From Anaerocolumna sp. (GTDB taxonomy: Bacteria > Bacillota > Clostridia > Lachnospirales > Lachnospiraceae), in NCBI GenBank assembly GCA_029239975.1, contig JARBTX010000002.1, forward strand, positions 2,482-66,481: a stretch of DNA of 64,000 nucleotides. Direction: 5' to 3'. The notes beneath the pieces were generated by a model. It saw nothing but the letters and a program-made list of their open reading frames with translations, was not told the origin of the DNA and ran no database searches. Shown here one piece after another: positions 58,025 to 64,000 of this stretch. Position 1 is the stretch's first letter. Each line of letters begins with the position of its first letter. Both the position numbers and the translations under genes were made by a program.

Positions 58025-59809
58025 GTGAAAATGATAAAAGTTGAGTATGTAAGAGATATGCATAAAAATTATTTTGTGTTACAAGGGTTAGAAGGAAAAG
58101 TATCTGTATACGGTGTTAAGATGCTTTTGAATAATAGAGTGGCTGGTCTTTTGCCTGTTGAACTCCGATGTATTGATCATTTGGATTTGTTTTATTACGA
58201 TGTTACAAATAAAAAAACAATACAAGCATACTACGAATCAAAGTCTTTGAATTATGATGAAATACATAACCTTTTAAGTAACATATTACAAATTATAGAG
58301 CAAAGTAATGAATATTTATTATTGGAAAATGATTTTATAATTGATCCAAGCTTTATATATCAGGATTGTGAAACACAAAAATTATATTTATGCCATTTGG
58401 TTGGATATCAACAAAATGTTCAAGAGCAATTAGTCAAATTCGTAGAGTATTTAATGAATAGGGTTGACTATAAGGATGAAAAGGCTGTTTTACTTATTTA
58501 TGCAATATATAAAGTTAGTAGAGAAGATGATTGTACTTTTGATAAAATCAAAAAAGAATTGAATAAGCATATTGTAAATGAAAAAGAGATAAAACATAAT
58601 TCACATAAAAGTGATGAGACAAACAAAGCAGAAACGACAAATTTAACTAGTGTGATAAATACATTAAGTGAAAAGGAAAATATTAAGTCAAATAATGCAA
58701 ATAATGTAAATAATGCACTGCATCAAAAAGATAAAATACAAAAAAAAGATGATACCTATAAAGCTAAAAATAAGAGTAAAAATATTGGAATAAATAAAAA
58801 TCATATTTCTGATAAAATAACACATCATGAAAAAATACAATCTACTAAATTAATGGATAGAAATAAGAAAACGAATGATTTACATAAGAGTATTTTAGAA
58901 GACATTCGTTATACATTTTTAAAGAATAAGACGAAAAACAAGAATCAAAACAATTATCAAAACAATTATAAAAACAATAATCAAATGGAAGAATATAAAC
59001 CCATATTAGAAGAGATTGAAAGTGAAAAAGAAGTTTTATATTATGAAAATAAGGTATATATATTAGCCCTTATAACAATTATAATAGGCTTTTTATTCAT
59101 TGGAATTGCCTATTCACAAAAGATATTATTTAACTCCTTTGGGAATAGGTTGGATCCAGTAAAATTAATAAGCTGCCTTATGATAATAGGATGCTTAGAA
59201 GGTTATATTATGTTACAACTTTTTCAAAAGAAAAATAAATCAGTAAAAATAGTTCCTTGTACAAACTATATAGAACCCGATGATTATAGTAAAACTTTAA
59301 AAGATGAGATAATAACAAATGAAATAATAACTAATGAAATAATAACAAATGATATATTAATATATGACGAAAGATTAGGAAACGATGAATGTATCAATTC
59401 AACTAATTTAAATTTAGATGATGAAAACAAAACACAAATTCTTCGGACAGAACAAGATGACTATGATAATGATAAAACTGTTATATTATCTGATTTAAGT
59501 AATAGAACAGATAGTTATCTTATTCCATCTGACACAGATGAAAATAATAAAGTACCTATAGTTCATTACCCATTTATAATCGGTAAGAGCGAAAAAAGTA
59601 CAAATTATACCCTTCATGAAGTTGGAATAAGTAGACTTCATGCTAAGATTACAAAAGATGGAGAAAATTATTATTTATTTGATTTAGCCTCTACCAATGG
59701 AACTTTTCTTAATGGTCTTAAGCTAAAAGAATGCACACCTTATATTCTACATGATAAGGATGAGATTACTTTTTCTAATTTCAAATTTTCATGGATCAAA
59801 GCTATTTAA
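58025..59809 (+). CDS. DUF6382-like N-terminal domain, two TM segments and C-terminal FHA domain
   Basis: FHA motifs IIGK, ISRLHA, DLASTNGTFLNG; MLLNN...GLLP N-terminal region. Confidence 0.85.
   Translation: MKMIKVEYVRDMHKNYFVLQGLEGKVSVYGVKMLLNNRVAGLLPVELRCIDHLDLFYYDVTNKKTIQAYYESKSLNYDEIHNLLSNILQIIEQSNEYLLLENDFIIDPSFIYQDCETQKLYLCHLVGYQQNVQEQLVKFVEYLMNRVDYKDEKAVLLIYAIYKVSREDDCTFDKIKKELNKHIVNEKEIKHNSHKSDETNKAETTNLTSVINTLSEKENIKSNNANNVNNALHQKDKIQKKDDTYKAKNKSKNIGINKNHISDKITHHEKIQSTKLMDRNKKTNDLHKSILEDIRYTFLKNKTKNKNQNNYQNNYKNNNQMEEYKPILEEIESEKEVLYYENKVYILALITIIIGFLFIGIAYSQKILFNSFGNRLDPVKLISCLMIIGCLEGYIMLQLFQKKNKSVKIVPCTNYIEPDDYSKTLKDEIITNEIITNEIITNDILIYDERLGNDECINSTNLNLDDENKTQILRTEQDDYDNDKTVILSDLSNRTDSYLIPSDTDENNKVPIVHYPFIIGKSEKSTNYTLHEVGISRLHAKITKDGENYYLFDLASTNGTFLNGLKLKECTPYILHDKDEITFSNFKFSWIKAI
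59306..59353 (+). repeat. Intragenic 15-bp repeat encoding (EIITN)x3
   Basis: gaRataataacWaat three times. Confidence 0.85.
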
Positions 59810-59858
59810 ATTATATTCAAACCTATATAGAAAAAGATTCTACATACTTTAAATTATT

Positions 59859-60077
59859 ACAACACTAAAGCATAAACAACACTAAAGCATAAATAACACT
59901 AAAGCATAAATAACACTAAAGCATAAACAAACAAAAGTATAAACAAAATCAAAGCATAAACAACATCAAGGTGTACAACTCAAAACGTAAACAACTCAAA
60001 ACGTAAACAACTTAAAACGTATACAAAGCCAAGTTATAAACAATTCTAAAACAAGAATAACTTTAAGATGTAAACAA
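59859..60077. repeat. Degenerate 16-17-bp tandem array (~13 units)
   Basis: aYaacactaaagcataa x4 grading into acaactcaaaacgtaa x3. Confidence 0.9.
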
Positions 60078-60240
60078 TTTAATTATTGACAAACCATAGA
60101 CAAACGTAAGAAACCATAGATAACCTATAAAAACCATTCCCAACGATATATAAATAAATTTTGGGGTTGGTTTTTATTTTATGAAGTATATACATTATTA
60201 TAAATAGATTATAAACATCATAAACAATCTGGTACTTTGC

Positions 60241-60269
60241 TTGTATGAAAATTAAAAAGATAGTATAAT
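60241..60269 (+). promoter_or_regulatory. Putative glpK promoter
   Basis: TTGTAT-17-TATAAT. Confidence 0.45.
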
Positions 60270-60508
60270 CTACCACAAGAACATATTACATGAAATAAAA
60301 CATATTTGAATAAACAAGAATTTATAGTTCTGAAAGAGAAATTTCTTAAGAAATAAGAAATTTATTAGAAAGCGAATTTTTTTAAGAAACAAGAATTTAT
60401 TTTTATGACATTTATATTTAAGAAATAAGAGTTTACACCCCAGAAACCAGGAGTGTTATCCAGAATTAAGTATTATAATTGAAAGTAAGTTTAATACATG
60501 GAGGTTAG

Positions 60509-61999
<1,491 letters not shown>

Positions 62000-62043
62000 T
62001 GAAAATAATACAAACTACGAAAGTATAATAACTATATAGGAAA

Positions 62044-62182
62044 AATACGAAACTAATTAGTTTATTGAATTACTTATACAATATATTTGAACTTTCTAGC
62101 TTAAGTTGTTCTAAGGGGCAAGCTTCAGTTATAAACACGTAAATAGGTATAAGCAATAATGATATTTTTGATGTTTCGCAAT
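62044..62182. repeat. 139-bp palindromic dispersed repeat (family A, copy 2)
   Basis: Shares cgaaac, tttattgaatt, tttctagctt.agttg, ggcaag.ttcag.tataaa, aataatga and gtttcgcaatt with 37382-37519. Confidence 0.8.
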
Positions 62183-62208
62183 TACTATTAATTATAAAAA
62201 ATAAGGAA

Positions 62209-63375
62209 ATGATGTTCATGGTACAAAATAAAATAAAGGATTACTTATATTCGAAAGGATTTCGTCAAATAGGGGTAAATATTCAAGGTATTTATCTTTA
62301 TTGTAACGCGAATAATCAAGGAGTTTATATTGTAGCTTTATATGAATGCCTGAAAGGGAATGAAATAAATGTTTCGCAATATCAAAATATTAAAAGGCAG
62401 CTACCAGAAAAATTTGCGAATAAGTATCATGAAAAGATACACTTATTAAATGTTATACTTACTAACGAAGTATCTTTAATAAAAGATTATATTAATGATG
62501 ATGGAAGTCTATGGATTATTGACCTGAAAAATTACCGTGTTATCATTTATGAAAATCAAGTAAATAATTTTTTAGGAATCAGAAAAGACATAGAAGAAAT
62601 AGTATATTCTATTTATAGCGAAATAAATTCTAGTGGAGATTCAACAACTTATCGTGAGACAAAAGACCATAGAAGTTTTGATTCAACATTTCCTAATACA
62701 GAGAATAAAAGTGGATACAACAAAGAAGTATTCGGTCATGCTAATAATAGAATGTCGATATCGAATTACTTTACTAAATTTAATACTTTATTAATTATAA
62801 TAAATATACTGTTATTTTTTATCGTAAGTAATGTGAATAAAAATATGGATTCTTATTATCTATTAAATTCAGGTGCCTTGCATTGGCCATCTGTTATTTA
62901 TGGTCACGATTATTATCGATTAATTACTTATATGTTTTTACATTCTGGCATAAGCCATTTATCTAATAATATGCTAGTATTGTTTGTGATTGGTGATAAT
63001 CTGGAAAGAGCAGTTGGAAAGTGGAGATACTTATTTCTATATTTTGGTTCAGGAATTCTTGCAGGTATAGCGTCTATGGGTTATAATATGTTAAAAAATA
63101 CGAATGCAGTATCTGTTGGTGCTTCCGGTGCAATATTCGGAGTAGTTGGAGCCATGGCATATATTGTTGCTGTTAACAAGGGAAGGCTTGAAAATATTAG
63201 TACCAGACAAATGATTATGTTTGTATTCTTTAGTTTGTATGGTGGATTAACAAGTCAAGGAGTTGATAACGCAGCTCACATTGGCGGATTGATTGCAGGG
63301 ATAATATTAGCTATAATATGTTATCGTAAACATAAGAATAAAGACCGGGAAGGGGAAAATAAATATGAAAGTTAA
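62209..63375 (+). CDS. Rhomboid-family intramembrane serine protease with N-terminal soluble domain
   Basis: YRLITYMFLH...HL.NNM, GASGAIFG (Ser), AHIGG (His). Confidence 0.93.
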   Translation: MMFMVQNKIKDYLYSKGFRQIGVNIQGIYLYCNANNQGVYIVALYECLKGNEINVSQYQNIKRQLPEKFANKYHEKIHLLNVILTNEVSLIKDYINDDGSLWIIDLKNYRVIIYENQVNNFLGIRKDIEEIVYSIYSEINSSGDSTTYRETKDHRSFDSTFPNTENKSGYNKEVFGHANNRMSISNYFTKFNTLLIIINILLFFIVSNVNKNMDSYYLLNSGALHWPSVIYGHDYYRLITYMFLHSGISHLSNNMLVLFVIGDNLERAVGKWRYLFLYFGSGILAGIASMGYNMLKNTNAVSVGASGAIFGVVGAMAYIVAVNKGRLENISTRQMIMFVFFSLYGGLTSQGVDNAAHIGGLIAGIILAIICYRKHKNKDREGENKYES

Positions 63376-64000
63376 TATATATTATGGTGGAAGAGGATTA
63401 ATAGAAGATCCAACATTATATGTTATCAATAAATTAACGGAAGTATTAAATGAAATTCGTGTTGAAGTAGTTCGCTATAACCTATATGAAGAAAAAAATG
63501 CAATAACAATGCTTCCTAAAACACTTAAGGAAGCGGATGGTGTAATCCTTGCAACTACAGTAGAATGGTTAGGCATAGGCGGTTTAATGCAACAATTTCT
63601 AGATGCTTGCTGGCTTTATGCAGATAAAGAGCATATTAGTAAACTTTATATGCTACCAGTTGTCATGGCTAACACCTATGGTGAGCGAGAAGCAGAATTA
63701 TTCTTAATTAAAGCTTGGGAAACATTAGGTGGTATTACCTGTAATGGGTTACATGCATATGTAGAAGATCATGTAGACTTTGAAACAAATTCTGCTTATA
63801 CACAAATTATTGAAAAACAAGCAGAATTATTTTATAAAACAATTAATCAAAAGACAAAGATGTTACCATCAAGTAATAATGCAATTCATAAGAATCTATT
63901 AAAATCAAATTCACTTGATTTAACACCACAGGAGAGCGAACAACTTTCTATGTATGTATCAGATGATACTTATGTAAAAAAACAAAAAGAGGACATAGAA
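63365..64000 (+). CDS. Flavodoxin-like/NAD(P)H-dependent oxidoreductase-fold protein, 3' end outside window
   Basis: Open frame MKVNIYYGGRGLIEDPTLYVI..ADGVILATTVEWLGIGGLMQQFLDACW; RBS aagggg; overlaps the rhomboid stop. Confidence 0.75.
   Translation, partial: MKVNIYYGGRGLIEDPTLYVINKLTEVLNEIRVEVVRYNLYEEKNAITMLPKTLKEADGVILATTVEWLGIGGLMQQFLDACWLYADKEHISKLYMLPVVMANTYGEREAELFLIKAWETLGGITCNGLHAYVEDHVDFETNSAYTQIIEKQAELFYKTINQKTKMLPSSNNAIHKNLLKSNSLDLTPQESEQLSMYVSDDTYVKKQKEDIE

Noticed and set aside
60436-60470. GlpP-type antiterminator leader before glpK
   Set aside because: Only a vague gaaaccaggag resemblance and no terminator hairpin before the start codon

Overview
AT-rich chromosomal window from a spore-forming, flagellated Firmicute, most likely Lachnospiraceae (inferred from gene content and protein style). 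In order it carries: the 3' end of transketolase; an OmpR/HisKA two-component pair; an operon of two ABC exporters with N-terminal Cys4 extensions around a DUF1854-like gene; a heterodimeric ABC exporter behind a leader-peptide/terminator attenuator; a small alarmone synthetase; an S1 protein; a truncated sigma70-like protein; peptidases; an agr-like LytTR/GHKL pair; a CapA-like protein; a sigma28-type operon (large DUF6240-like protein, flagellin, FliS); a LacI-controlled maltodextrin locus; yaaL/bofA; a decayed polymorphic-toxin/immunity island; a monoderm Tad/Flp pilus locus; glpK; a rhomboid protease; and a partial flavodoxin-like gene. The best unannotated signals are non-coding. (1) The LytTR/GHKL pair has no visible AgrB/AgrD but is followed by LytTR-type direct repeats, a promoter and a ~125-nt structured candidate sRNA with a CUCCU loop, and is preceded by a second candidate RNA. 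(2) A 28-aa uORF attenuator precedes the ABC exporter pair. (3) Two dispersed structured repeat families show compensatory changes, one with tandem G-A motifs. (4) A perfect 28-bp inverted repeat sits inside the pilus operon. (5) Several degenerate intergenic tandem arrays occur. No rRNA, tRNA or CRISPR array was seen. Family names come from motif recognition by eye, not database searches.
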